A DNA stretch of 64,000 nucleotides from an uncultured Verrucomicrobiota bacterium (GTDB taxonomy: Bacteria; Verrucomicrobiota; Verrucomicrobiia; Limisphaerales; UBA9464): assembly GCA_903842505.1 (NCBI GenBank), contig CAIMMI010000130.1, positions 1,971 through 65,970 on the forward strand, written 5' to 3'. Shown here in pieces: positions 16,448 through 24,822 of the stretch. The translations under genes were made by a program, and so were the position numbers. Each line of letters opens with the position of its first letter. Within the stretch, counting starts at the first letter, position 1. The notes under the pieces are model-generated. The model did not search any database and was not told where the DNA came from. It was given only the letters and a program-made list of their open reading frames with translations.

Positions 16448-19366
16448 TTACTCGTTGGTGATCACCCGGAAGACCTTGCGGACCCCGGCCACCGCGTAGG
16501 TGGCCTCAATCGGGCTGCCAGTGCCGGCGAGCCAGCCGGATTCGTCGCTCCAGGCAGATCCATCCACCGTGGATTGCACCTTGTACAACACACCCGCACG
16601 GCTCCCGAACCCAAGCTGGACGGAGGAGCCGTCAGCCGAAGGCACGAGGGAGAGGACCGACGCCACCGGGGTGGTTCGACTGGTAGGGCTGGTCGTGGCT
16701 TTCAGGAACCCTTCGGCGCTGAGCGCCGTCCAGTCCTGAGCCCAATTCACCGTGCTGAACGCGCCCTTGTAAGGTGCTGGCACGTAGAACCCATCCGCGG
16801 GAGTAGCACGATAGTCAGCGAACACAGGGCTGGCCGCCGACACAGTGGGATCCAGCTGACCATTGGCCGTCCGGCTGACCCCATTCAGCAACGGGTTCAA
16901 CACGGGATTCAGGGCCGCAGGGACCGAGGCATGGGTGCCGTAGACGTCACCCGCCGCGCCCGCGCCCGCGAAGGCGAAGAACAGGTTGTTCTTGAAGTCC
17001 GGAACGGAGTCGACATCGATCAACACCCGCCGGCCCTGGAACTCGGTGAAGACACCATTGTACCAGCGGCAAAAGTTGTTGCGCCGGACGTTGTGCGCAG
17101 CGTTGCCGGAACCCGTCGTCCCAGCTCCGATCAGCGTGGCGTTGTAGACAGTGTACTGGGACAGCGGAAGCGCACCCACGACCTGCAAGTCGTTCGGCTG
17201 CGGTTGGCCGTTCTGCTCGGAACCGGAGTCCCGGGCGTCCGGAGATTGGATGGCGAACCAGAACTGGTTCTTCCCGTTGTAGCCCTGGTCCGTGTCGAAG
17301 CCATCGTCGTCATTGAACGCCGATACAAGGTACCGGGTGTTGACCGAGCCACCGAAGAACTCGAAGCCGTCGTCCGCGATCGAGAACGCCTCGACATACT
17401 CAAAAGTCGTTCCGTTTCCGACCCCGCCCAAGGACGCTCCGTTGATCTCCTTGTCCGTCGTCAGCTTCTTGCCACCGTGCCGGATCGACACGTAACGGAC
17501 GGTCCCCGACGAATCAGCGTCATTCGTGCCGCCAAAGCGATGGAGGTAGTCCACCTGGCCGGCTCCATTGTCGACCGCCGTGTCCGGCAAGCCTTCGTAG
17601 ATGTCGTAGGGGATGCTGTTCGTGGTCGAAGCCGGGTTGTTGATCCGCGCGTTGCCGAAGATCACCAGTCCACCCCACAAGCCGCGAGACGGGAACGGAA
17701 GATCCGTCGGGTCCGTCACATCGTCCGCTTCAGCTGTCATGATGATCGGATTGTTCGCGGTCCCGATTGCGTTGAGCTTTCCGCCGCGCGTGACGAAGAG
17801 GCAACCAAAGTCGTTGGCAGCGGCCTGGCCTGTCCCAGTACCCGGGACACCCTTGATGACCGTACCCGGCTCAATGTTCAGGACGGCATTGCTCATGACG
17901 TACACGAATCCCCGCAGCAGGTAAGTGTTCGAAGAGACCCAGTTATGCGTGCCGTACAGGTGACCGGCAGGCACGTTGACCACATTGTCCTTGGTCCGGC
18001 TGACCCCCTCCTGAGAGAGGGCCGTCCAACCGTCGATCCAGACATCCTGGGCGTCGAAGGCTCCCTTGTACGGGGCGTAGGTGAAAAATCCATCCCCCGG
18101 GTGCGCACGCACGCCAGTGAAAACCGGACTGCCCGCCTGAGGACGAGGATCAAGCAGCCCATTCTGGCCGCGGTTGACTGCGCGAAGCAGCGGGTCCGCC
18201 ACCGGGTTCAGAGCCGCCGGCACTCCGGCATGGGTTCCATACACATCACCAGACGTCCCGGCCTGGGCAAAACCAAAGAACAGGTTGTTCGCAAACTCGG
18301 GATTCGAGTCCGCATCCACCCGGACACGGCGTCCCTGAAACTCCGTGAAGACGGAGTTATACCAGCGGCAGAAGTTGTTGCGACGGATATTGTGGGCATC
18401 GTTGCCGGAGCCAGAGCCACCGGCCCCGATCAGCGTGGCATTGTAGATCGTGTAACGCGAAAGCGGCTGAGCCCCGATGACCTGGAGGTCATTCGGCTGG
18501 GGCTGGCCATTCTGTTCGGAACCCTGATCCCTGCTGCCCTCCTGAATGGCGAACCAGAACTGGTTCTTGCCGTTGTACCCCTGATCGGTGTCGAAGGCAT
18601 CGTCGTCATTGAACGCCGACACCAGGTGCTTGGTGTTCACAGAACCGCCGAAGAACTCGAAACCGTCGTCCGCGATGCAATAGGCCTCGACGAAGTCGAT
18701 GACCGTGCCATTGCCGACGCCACCGAGCGAGAGACCGTTGATCTCCTTGTCCGTCGTCAGCTTCTTTCCACCGTGCCGGATCGAAAGAAAACGGAGACTC
18801 CCGGAGCTGTCCGTATCATCCGTTCCTCCGAAGCGGTGGAGGTAGTCAACCTGTCCGAAGTGCGCACCCGCGACCGTATTGGTGACAGCGGTGTCCGGCA
18901 ATCCTTCATAGATGTCGAAGCTGACGTTGTTGGTCGTGGACGCCGGATTGTTGATGCGGGCCTTGCCGAACATCACGAGGCCACCCCAAAGCCCCCGACT
19001 CGGGAACGGAAGGTCGGCAGGATCGGTCACATCGTCCTGCTCCGCTGTCATGATGATCGGGCGGCTGGGAGTCCCGTTGGCGTTGAGCTTTCCGCCCTGG
19101 AGGACGAAGAGGCAGCCAAAGTCGTTGGCCGCAGACGCACCGGTCCCTGTTCCAGGAACACCTTTGATGACCGTACCGGCCTCGATGTTGAGCACACTGT
19201 TGGCGGGCACGTAAGTGAAGCCGGACAACACGTACTCGTTCGTGGCAACCCAGTTGTTGGTGCCATAGAGCAGTCCGCTCACGGACACAGTGGCAGCTTC
19301 CACCTGCGCCACGCCAAGAGCGGCCAACCCCGCAGCCGCTAGATTCAGGAAATTATACCTTTTCAT
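16448..19366 (-). CDS. Secreted 972-aa protein made of two tandem modules of about 430 aa each (beta-helix-like, uncharacterised family) + C-terminal FRV-ending module
   Basis: It has a signal peptide (MKRYNFLNLAAAGLAALGVAQVEA). The two halves align almost residue for residue: GTNNWVATNEYVLSGFTYVPANSVLNIEAGTVIKGVPGTGTG against GTHNWVSSNTYLLRGFVYVMSNAVLNIEPGTVIKGVPGTGTG. Both contain PFPSRGLWGGLV.FG.ARINNPAS, IYEGLPDT, DYLHRFGGT.D.DSSG..R..SIRHGGKKLTTDKEING.SLGGVGNGT, ADDGFEFFGGSVNT, AFNDDD.FDTDQGYNGKNQFWFAIQ and RRNNFCRWYN.VFTEFQGRRV. Confidence 0.88.
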   Translation of the reverse strand: MKRYNFLNLAAAGLAALGVAQVEAATVSVSGLLYGTNNWVATNEYVLSGFTYVPANSVLNIEAGTVIKGVPGTGTGASAANDFGCLFVLQGGKLNANGTPSRPIIMTAEQDDVTDPADLPFPSRGLWGGLVMFGKARINNPASTTNNVSFDIYEGLPDTAVTNTVAGAHFGQVDYLHRFGGTDDTDSSGSLRFLSIRHGGKKLTTDKEINGLSLGGVGNGTVIDFVEAYCIADDGFEFFGGSVNTKHLVSAFNDDDAFDTDQGYNGKNQFWFAIQEGSRDQGSEQNGQPQPNDLQVIGAQPLSRYTIYNATLIGAGGSGSGNDAHNIRRNNFCRWYNSVFTEFQGRRVRVDADSNPEFANNLFFGFAQAGTSGDVYGTHAGVPAALNPVADPLLRAVNRGQNGLLDPRPQAGSPVFTGVRAHPGDGFFTYAPYKGAFDAQDVWIDGWTALSQEGVSRTKDNVVNVPAGHLYGTHNWVSSNTYLLRGFVYVMSNAVLNIEPGTVIKGVPGTGTGQAAANDFGCLFVTRGGKLNAIGTANNPIIMTAEADDVTDPTDLPFPSRGLWGGLVIFGNARINNPASTTNSIPYDIYEGLPDTAVDNGAGQVDYLHRFGGTNDADSSGTVRYVSIRHGGKKLTTDKEINGASLGGVGNGTTFEYVEAFSIADDGFEFFGGSVNTRYLVSAFNDDDGFDTDQGYNGKNQFWFAIQSPDARDSGSEQNGQPQPNDLQVVGALPLSQYTVYNATLIGAGTTGSGNAAHNVRRNNFCRWYNGVFTEFQGRRVLIDVDSVPDFKNNLFFAFAGAGAAGDVYGTHASVPAALNPVLNPLLNGVSRTANGQLDPTVSAASPVFADYRATPADGFYVPAPYKGAFSTVNWAQDWTALSAEGFLKATTSPTSRTTPVASVLSLVPSADGSSVQLGFGSRAGVLYKVQSTVDGSAWSDESGWLAGTGSPIEATYAVAGVRKVFRVITNE

Positions 19367-19390
19367 GAGAAGAGGATTCGATGGGTTTGT

Positions 19391-20065
19391 TCAGGCGCCC
19401 ATCGCTCGGCGGCGCCAGAGCGCGAAACCGACCAACCCGACGCCGGCGAGGGCGGCATAGGTGGAGGGTTCCGGCACCACGGTGTATTGGTTCGCCACGA
19501 TGTTAGACTGGATGGCCCAGAAGGCGTTCCCGGAGCCGGTGGTCGGGGGCAGCTGCACCCCGAGATTCAACGCGCCGAATGTATCACCAGCCTGAGGATC
19601 GAAAGTCGCACCCTCGCCGTTCCACAACACGACCCAGATGTTGGCATTCTTCAGAAGGCCGCCGGGAGCCTCCGCGTTGTCATTCACCGTGATGATCCCC
19701 TGAAACCGCCCAATGTTGGCGGGCGTGTTCAGCAGGGAACCATTCACCGTATTCACGTGCAGCAGATAGTCGTCACCGATGTTCGTACCGGCGACCAGCG
19801 ACTGGAAGGTCTGGGATTCGGTCGGCGAGGTGTTGATGCCATCCTTATTGGTATCGGCGATGAACCAGATGGAGGTGTTCAGCGGAGCGGCCACACCAGG
19901 GGCCGTGTACAGGCGGGTCGCCGTCGGTGAAGTGTTGGGATCACCGGTGTTCGAGGCGACCGTCTTGGCGGTTGCCGCGTAAGGGAACTGGAACGACTGG
20001 GCGAATGCGACAGGGGTCATTGCGCCAGCAACAACGAGGAGAGAGAGAGTCAATGCGTTTTTCAT
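19391..20065 (-). CDS. PEP-CTERM sorting-domain secreted protein (shares its domain with the N-terminus of gene 14464..16380)
   Basis: I use the internal ATG at 20065 (MKNALTLSLLVVAGAMTPVAFAQ, signal). The C-terminus VVPEPSTYAALAGVGLVGFALWRRR is a PEP-CTERM. The core shares AATAKTV..GD.NTSPTA.RL, IWF.AD, VV.WNG.GA.F.P..G and PPTTGSGNA.W with gene 14464..16380. Confidence 0.85.
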   Translation of the reverse strand: MKNALTLSLLVVAGAMTPVAFAQSFQFPYAATAKTVASNTGDPNTSPTATRLYTAPGVAAPLNTSIWFIADTNKDGINTSPTESQTFQSLVAGTNIGDDYLLHVNTVNGSLLNTPANIGRFQGIITVNDNAEAPGGLLKNANIWVVLWNGEGATFDPQAGDTFGALNLGVQLPPTTGSGNAFWAIQSNIVANQYTVVPEPSTYAALAGVGLVGFALWRRRAMGA

Positions 20066-20105
20066 ATTTGTGGGAATTTCTGGATGGTTTGAGTTGATCG
20101 GAACG

Positions 20106-21173
20106 TTAGGGAACAAGGGGAGAAGGTTGACGCCACACCAGCTGGCCGGGTCCTTTATGGAACACCGTATAGGCCCGTGTGGGTTCGATCGGCGCGGCGT
20201 TGTTGAACTCGCCGTCCACGTACCAGCCCGGATCCGCGTCCGGCCCGGCGTAGTGGAAGAGTTGGGTGCCAAAGAACGACCCGTTCATCAGATAGGCGAC
20301 GCTATCCTCTGTGGTCAGCACCTCACCGTTCACGTCGCTCAGGAATCCGGATTCCTTCAATTGGCTCGCTCCGATCGGCGCCGGGACCGGGAACACCGGA
20401 CCAATGGCATTCGGACCGGCAACCAGGTACTGGGTAAAGCGGCCCTGATGAACCGCACCAGTGAAGGCAATGGTCTTCGGAGCAGATCCTTGCTTGCGCT
20501 GCAGCAGCACGGGCTGCCCGGGATTCAACGTCAGAGTCGATCCGTCCCCGGCATGATTTCCGTCAGAGTCATAATATCCCTCCGGAAACCCAATGCCCGC
20601 CAGCGAGCCATCGTGGTAAAAGATGTCCCCCACGAACGACGTGCCCTGTACCACCGTCACCACGTCTTCCTCCGTGGTCAGAACCTCTCCATTGGCGTCC
20701 TTGTTGAGCACGCAGCCCGCGCCCGAACCAAAAAGGTCCTTCAGGGATGTCAGCCGGCGCAATTCCAAGGTGTCCCCCGCTGCGAGGTGCGAGCTGAGAG
20801 TGTCACCATGATTGTCGACGGTGATGGACTGGCCGGCGTTTCCGGTCACGTGCCACCAGTCACCTTCCACGCCGGGCGAGCCAGAGGCATCGGAGGTCAC
20901 GATCACGATGTACTGCGGCCGACCCGACACCGGGGCGAACTGATTCGCAGTCCACGCAGGATTCGCTGCAAACGTCAGTGTATTCGCACTGATTCCTGAA
21001 ATGGCACCCGCGAATTGGGTGTTGGAATGCAGCGGCGTGCTGATGAAGTTTCGGCCAGCGACAATCGTGACCTTGTGGACACCGACAACGTTGCCAGCCA
21101 GACAGATCGACGGCAGGGCCGCCATGGCCACCGCCAACCGGAGCACGGCTAGACGGAGTTCGTATTTTTTCAT
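20106..21173 (-). CDS. Secreted hypothetical protein with an internal duplication (NGEVLTTE-containing repeats)
   Basis: I use the internal ATG at 21173 (MKKYELRLAVLRLAVAMAALPSICLAG, signal). Two related segments begin LNKDANGEVLTTEEDVVTVVQGTSFVGDIFYH and LSDVNGEVLTTEDSVAYLMNGSFFGTQLFHY. It is the first gene of a four-gene minus-strand run. I do not recognise a characterised family. Confidence 0.7.
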   Translation of the reverse strand: MKKYELRLAVLRLAVAMAALPSICLAGNVVGVHKVTIVAGRNFISTPLHSNTQFAGAISGISANTLTFAANPAWTANQFAPVSGRPQYIVIVTSDASGSPGVEGDWWHVTGNAGQSITVDNHGDTLSSHLAAGDTLELRRLTSLKDLFGSGAGCVLNKDANGEVLTTEEDVVTVVQGTSFVGDIFYHDGSLAGIGFPEGYYDSDGNHAGDGSTLTLNPGQPVLLQRKQGSAPKTIAFTGAVHQGRFTQYLVAGPNAIGPVFPVPAPIGASQLKESGFLSDVNGEVLTTEDSVAYLMNGSFFGTQLFHYAGPDADPGWYVDGEFNNAAPIEPTRAYTVFHKGPGQLVWRQPSPLVP

Positions 21174-21519
21174 GGAATCGATGAGTGCCCCCGGACTCGG
21201 GACTATCCCGGATTCGGAGTATGCCCTTTTTAGGCATACCCAAAATGGCGTACAACGTGACAAAGGTCATAATCGCGTTGCCGTTCCCGTTCGATTTGAT
21301 GTCAGGAGGAAGACATCAACCCCAGAGCCCGCTGCGTCCCGTCCGCCAACCATCAGGCCGTACGCTCGCGCCCCCTGCTCGATGACGGAGCGCGACGCCT
21401 TCGTCCCACCGCCAGACCTGGATTTGCGCCAGAAATCCAGGTCGCCAGCCAACTGTGGTGTCACTGAAAGGTTTGCTGAGCGCCGCTCGACAGTGACTCG
21501 GCGCCTCCATAAGTGCGGG

Positions 21520-22410
21520 ATGCCTGCGTCGACTTCCTACGCGCCCTTCTGGCTCATGGCCGTCCTCCTGACGGCTCCGGTTACTGGCGCCGTCGTGGTC
21601 CTGACACCCGATGCGGATGCAGGCCTGCGGAATGGAAATCCTGACATTAACTCGGGAATCGCGTCGGACTATATCGTCGGAGCGCTGGCTGTAGGGGAGG
21701 TGCATCGGGCGTTGCTGCGGTTTGATCTGAAATCCATCCCCACGAATGCGGTGATCCAGCATGCGCAGTTAATCATCACGGACGTCTCCCGTCAGGGAGC
21801 TCAGGCGCTTGCAACGTTTGAGCTCCGCCGGGTCCTCCGGCCTTGGACCGAGGGCACCAATTTCGGATTCGGCGTGGCCGCAGGCGAAGTGTCGTGGAAC
21901 TCGGCCCGCCACGGTCAACAGCTTTGGGAACTGGCCGGTGCCTCCGGGGCATCCGATGCCATACCGGAGATCAGCGGTTCCACGGGAAGCGGCGGGCAGA
22001 ACCTGACTTTCTTGTCCACAGCGGGACTCGTTGCCGATGTTCAGCATTGGGTGCTGGCCCCATCCCTGAACTACGGATGGCGGCTCTCCAACGATCGTGA
22101 ATCGACACCTCGGAGCGCACGGCGACTGGCTTCCAGGGAACACTCTTCCTCACCGCCCAAGCTGAGTATCCAGTACGTCCTTCCCACGCCTCCCATCCTC
22201 GAATTGGCGGAGTCGAGGGACGGTGGGGCCGTCCGTTTGTCTGGCTCAGCCGCGCCGGGGCAGATGGTAAAGGTGGAATACAGCACGGACTTGAGGGAAT
22301 GGCGCAGCATCGGACAGGCATTGGCGGATTCCGCGGGCCGGCTGGAATTGCTCCATGATGTGGCCTCCGAGAATGGTCAGGTTCGGCGATTCTATCGATT
22401 CGTCGAGTAG
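21520..22410 (+). CDS. Secreted DNRLRE-domain-like protein with a C-terminal FYRF-ending module
   Basis: I use the internal ATG at 21520 (MPASTSYAPFWLMAVLLTAPVTGA). The protein reads ..DADAGLRNGNPDINSG..HRALLRFDL..IP.NAVIQHAQLII...YGWRLSNDRESTPRSARRLASRE, which resembles the 'DNRLRE' domain signature. The start is uncertain. Confidence 0.65.
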   Translation: MPASTSYAPFWLMAVLLTAPVTGAVVVLTPDADAGLRNGNPDINSGIASDYIVGALAVGEVHRALLRFDLKSIPTNAVIQHAQLIITDVSRQGAQALATFELRRVLRPWTEGTNFGFGVAAGEVSWNSARHGQQLWELAGASGASDAIPEISGSTGSGGQNLTFLSTAGLVADVQHWVLAPSLNYGWRLSNDRESTPRSARRLASREHSSSPPKLSIQYVLPTPPILELAESRDGGAVRLSGSAAPGQMVKVEYSTDLREWRSIGQALADSAGRLELLHDVASENGQVRRFYRFVE

Positions 22411-22481
22411 ACGGAACCCACCGGTCGACGTCGGGCCAAGCATTCAGTCCTTCCGGGCGCGGCGACGCCTTCATCGACCGC

Positions 22482-24116
22482 TCAACGCCCGGTCCCAGCC
22501 TGCGGACGGCCCTCCGTGAAGAGATCGCGAACTTCCTCGGCAGCCAGTGCCCGGCCGTAGAGCGAGAACTCATCCATCGCTCCGCTGAAATTCCGGATCA
22601 GGAATGGGTCGTTCCCCGGAAACCCGCTCGCGTTCCAGTTGCCCAATTCGGCCACACCCACCCGGAACGGCGGGGGCTGCTGCAACCGCTTCCCACCGAC
22701 CTCGACCCCGTTGACGTAATGCACCACCCGGCCAGCCCTCCCATCCACGACCGCTGCCACGTGCATCCACGTCCCGAGCTGCGCCGCCGTCACCACCGGC
22801 GGACTCACCACGATCTGGTAACTGCCCGGCGCCGGCCCAATCACCGTCAATCCCAGCACCCCATCCTCCCGCAGCGACCAGTGCAACGTCCCCGCAGCAA
22901 AGCCGTCGGACATGAAGAGCGACTGGATCTGCCGGTCCAGACCATCCACGCGCACCCACGCCGCGAGGCTCACCGACTCATACTCGCCGGGTACCGTTAG
23001 GCGGATCCGATCGCTCACGCCACGGAACTCAAGCGCTGGTTTCATCGGCCATCGGCCGTCGATCCACTGGCAGCCCACGATCGTCGCATCGGGCATCGTC
23101 TCGTTGGCTGCGCTGACGTTCGCCAGGCTCCAGTCGGTGCGCGTGGCGTGCTCAAAGTCAAAGTGGACGAGGAGGGAAGGATCCTGGTTGCGCCAGGCGC
23201 TGGCCGCGCGCCAGCGATCGTACAGCCTCGCCTCCGCCGCAGCGGACTTCGCCTGCAGGTCAAACAACGTGGCAAACGCCGCCGCGTCCGCCTTCGCCAT
23301 CCGCATCGACCCAGCCTCGCCTGCAACTGCCCCCGCGCCTGACAGCAGTCGCTGGCGTTGCGGGGCCCCCGTCGGTTGGACCTCGACGCTGCCCTGGAAG
23401 ACATGCACCTCGGTCTGCCCCCCGCCGACCACCAACCCAAACGCCGTCCCGAGGTCCGTGACTTCCATCCGCGCCGCTTGCACCCGGAAGCCCCGGGCCT
23501 GCGGCGGGACCTCCGCCATGATCCGGCCGGACCGACACTCGGCTTCCCCAGGCGAGATGACCCGGAATTCAGCGGGTCCCTCGATCACCACGCGCGCACC
23601 GCTGTAGAAGACGACCTGCGCCAATCCGCTGCGCAATCGGAGCACGCCCGGCTCCAGAGGCGCCCCCAACCGCGGAGCCGTCTCGCCCGTCTCCCAACGC
23701 GCGTCGACCACACGGTTCAGCATCGCCACCGCACGGCTTGTCGCACCGCGACTGGCGCTTCCACGGATGAATCGATGCCCCCACCACCCCGTCGCCAACA
23801 AGGCCAGACACGCCGCCAACGCCACCACCCACGCGCGCCAAGCCACCCGCGGGCCCCTCGAATCCGGAAACGGAAGCACTCCCGCTGAACCCACGGCGTC
23901 GGACCCCGGCGGCGCCGTGCCGTCCAGGCCGGCAAACAGGTCCGGATCCGACGCCAACCGGGAATGCAGTTCCACCCGCAGCAGATACTCGTCCCGCGCC
24001 GCCGGATCCGCGCGCAGCAGGACGTTCAAGCCCCGCATCTGTTCTTCGGTCGCCGTGCCATGGCAGACCGCCGCCACGGCTTCGTCGAACTCCCGCGATG
24101 GGAAAAGGCGGCTCAT
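22482..24116 (-). CDS. Anti-sigma factor: FecR-like domain with a C-terminal LamG/concanavalin-like domain
   Basis: I use the internal ATG at 24116, which overlaps the sigma-factor stop (ATGA). It has an N-terminal zinc-finger-less anti-sigma region, a single TM (AWVVALAACLALLATGWW), a FecR-type beta-rich block (LRSGLAQVVFYSGARVVIEGPAEF...TDLGTAFGL..G.TEVHVFQGSVEV) and a LamG-like end (SLAAWVRVDG...WMHVAAVVDG..VVHYVNG...GAMDEFSLYGRAL). Confidence 0.85.
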   Translation of the reverse strand: MSRLFPSREFDEAVAAVCHGTATEEQMRGLNVLLRADPAARDEYLLRVELHSRLASDPDLFAGLDGTAPPGSDAVGSAGVLPFPDSRGPRVAWRAWVVALAACLALLATGWWGHRFIRGSASRGATSRAVAMLNRVVDARWETGETAPRLGAPLEPGVLRLRSGLAQVVFYSGARVVIEGPAEFRVISPGEAECRSGRIMAEVPPQARGFRVQAARMEVTDLGTAFGLVVGGGQTEVHVFQGSVEVQPTGAPQRQRLLSGAGAVAGEAGSMRMAKADAAAFATLFDLQAKSAAAEARLYDRWRAASAWRNQDPSLLVHFDFEHATRTDWSLANVSAANETMPDATIVGCQWIDGRWPMKPALEFRGVSDRIRLTVPGEYESVSLAAWVRVDGLDRQIQSLFMSDGFAAGTLHWSLREDGVLGLTVIGPAPGSYQIVVSPPVVTAAQLGTWMHVAAVVDGRAGRVVHYVNGVEVGGKRLQQPPPFRVGVAELGNWNASGFPGNDPFLIRNFSGAMDEFSLYGRALAAEEVRDLFTEGRPQAGTGR

Positions 24117-24694
24117 GGAACCGAACCCTCCGGACGTGCGGCTTCCTGAATGCAGGCCTGCAGAGACTGCCGGATCCGCTGGAGCATCTTGTACGTCGCG
24201 GCCACCGAACGGCCGGACTGGTCGGCCAGCGCCTCCACCGGATTCTGCCGGTAGTAGTAACCCTCGACCAACCCACGCTGCTCCTCGGGAAGCTTGCGCA
24301 GGCAGCGCTCGAGATGATGCAACCGTGCCTCCAGTTCGGGTCGGAGTTCCTCCCGGCGCTGCTCCAGTTCCTCCGCCAATCCTGCCTCCAACAGCGCCTG
24401 CCATCGCTGCCGCCGTTCCACCCACTGCCGCGTCTTGTTCAAGGCGAACCGGCACGCCCACGGCGTGAAGGGCAATGAGGGATCATACGCATCGAACTTC
24501 TCCCACAGCGACACCGCCGTCTGTTGCACGATGTCCTGTGCATCCGTCTGGTTCGGCACCAGCGCCGCCACATACCGGTAGATCTCCCGCTCGCTCCGCA
24601 GGAACAGCGACAGGAACCGCTGCTGGGCAGCGGTCGGATCACCCGAGGAACGCGTCTGGTCCGATGACATGATCTGTGAGCTCAACGACGACAT
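24113..24694 (-). CDS. ECF-type RNA polymerase sigma-70 family factor
   Basis: Region 2 reads YRYVAALVPNQTDAQDIVQQTAVSLWEKFDAYD...FTPWACRFALNKT. Region 4 reads LRKLPEEQRGLVEGYYYRQNPVEALADQSGRSVAATYKMLQRIRQSL. The start is ambiguous: ATG 24694 was chosen, ATG 24670 is also possible, and the ORF-track start at 24778 lies inside a heptad repeat. Confidence 0.88.
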   Translation of the reverse strand: MSSLSSQIMSSDQTRSSGDPTAAQQRFLSLFLRSEREIYRYVAALVPNQTDAQDIVQQTAVSLWEKFDAYDPSLPFTPWACRFALNKTRQWVERRQRWQALLEAGLAEELEQRREELRPELEARLHHLERCLRKLPEEQRGLVEGYYYRQNPVEALADQSGRSVAATYKMLQRIRQSLQACIQEAARPEGSVP

Positions 24695-24744
24695 GCCTAC
24701 TTCGCGCCGAAACCCGGAATTGGACAAGGATTCCTCCAATGGGG

Positions 24745-24780
24745 AGTTCGCAGATCCCAGTCGCCAGTTCCCAGACACTG
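24745..24780. repeat. Heptad (7-bp periodic) CAG tract
   Basis: The units cagatcc cagtcgc cagttcc cagacac lie just upstream of the ECF sigma gene. Confidence 0.7.
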
Positions 24781-24822
24781 GGGTGGGGCGAGACTCCGTC
24801 GAGCCGCGCCGCCCACTCCTCC

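Noticed and set aside
16397-19342. Very long ORFs on the strand opposite recognised genes. Examples are 16397-19342 (+), 5922-7874 (+), 11239-13251 (+), 42734-44536 (+), 50938-53514 (-), 53117-55774 (+), 49602-51455 (-) and 32073-34166 (+)
   Set aside because: Their Arg/Pro/Gly/His-rich, low-complexity translations are typical of antisense frames in high-GC DNA. Each is mirrored by a gene with clear family motifs on the other strand.
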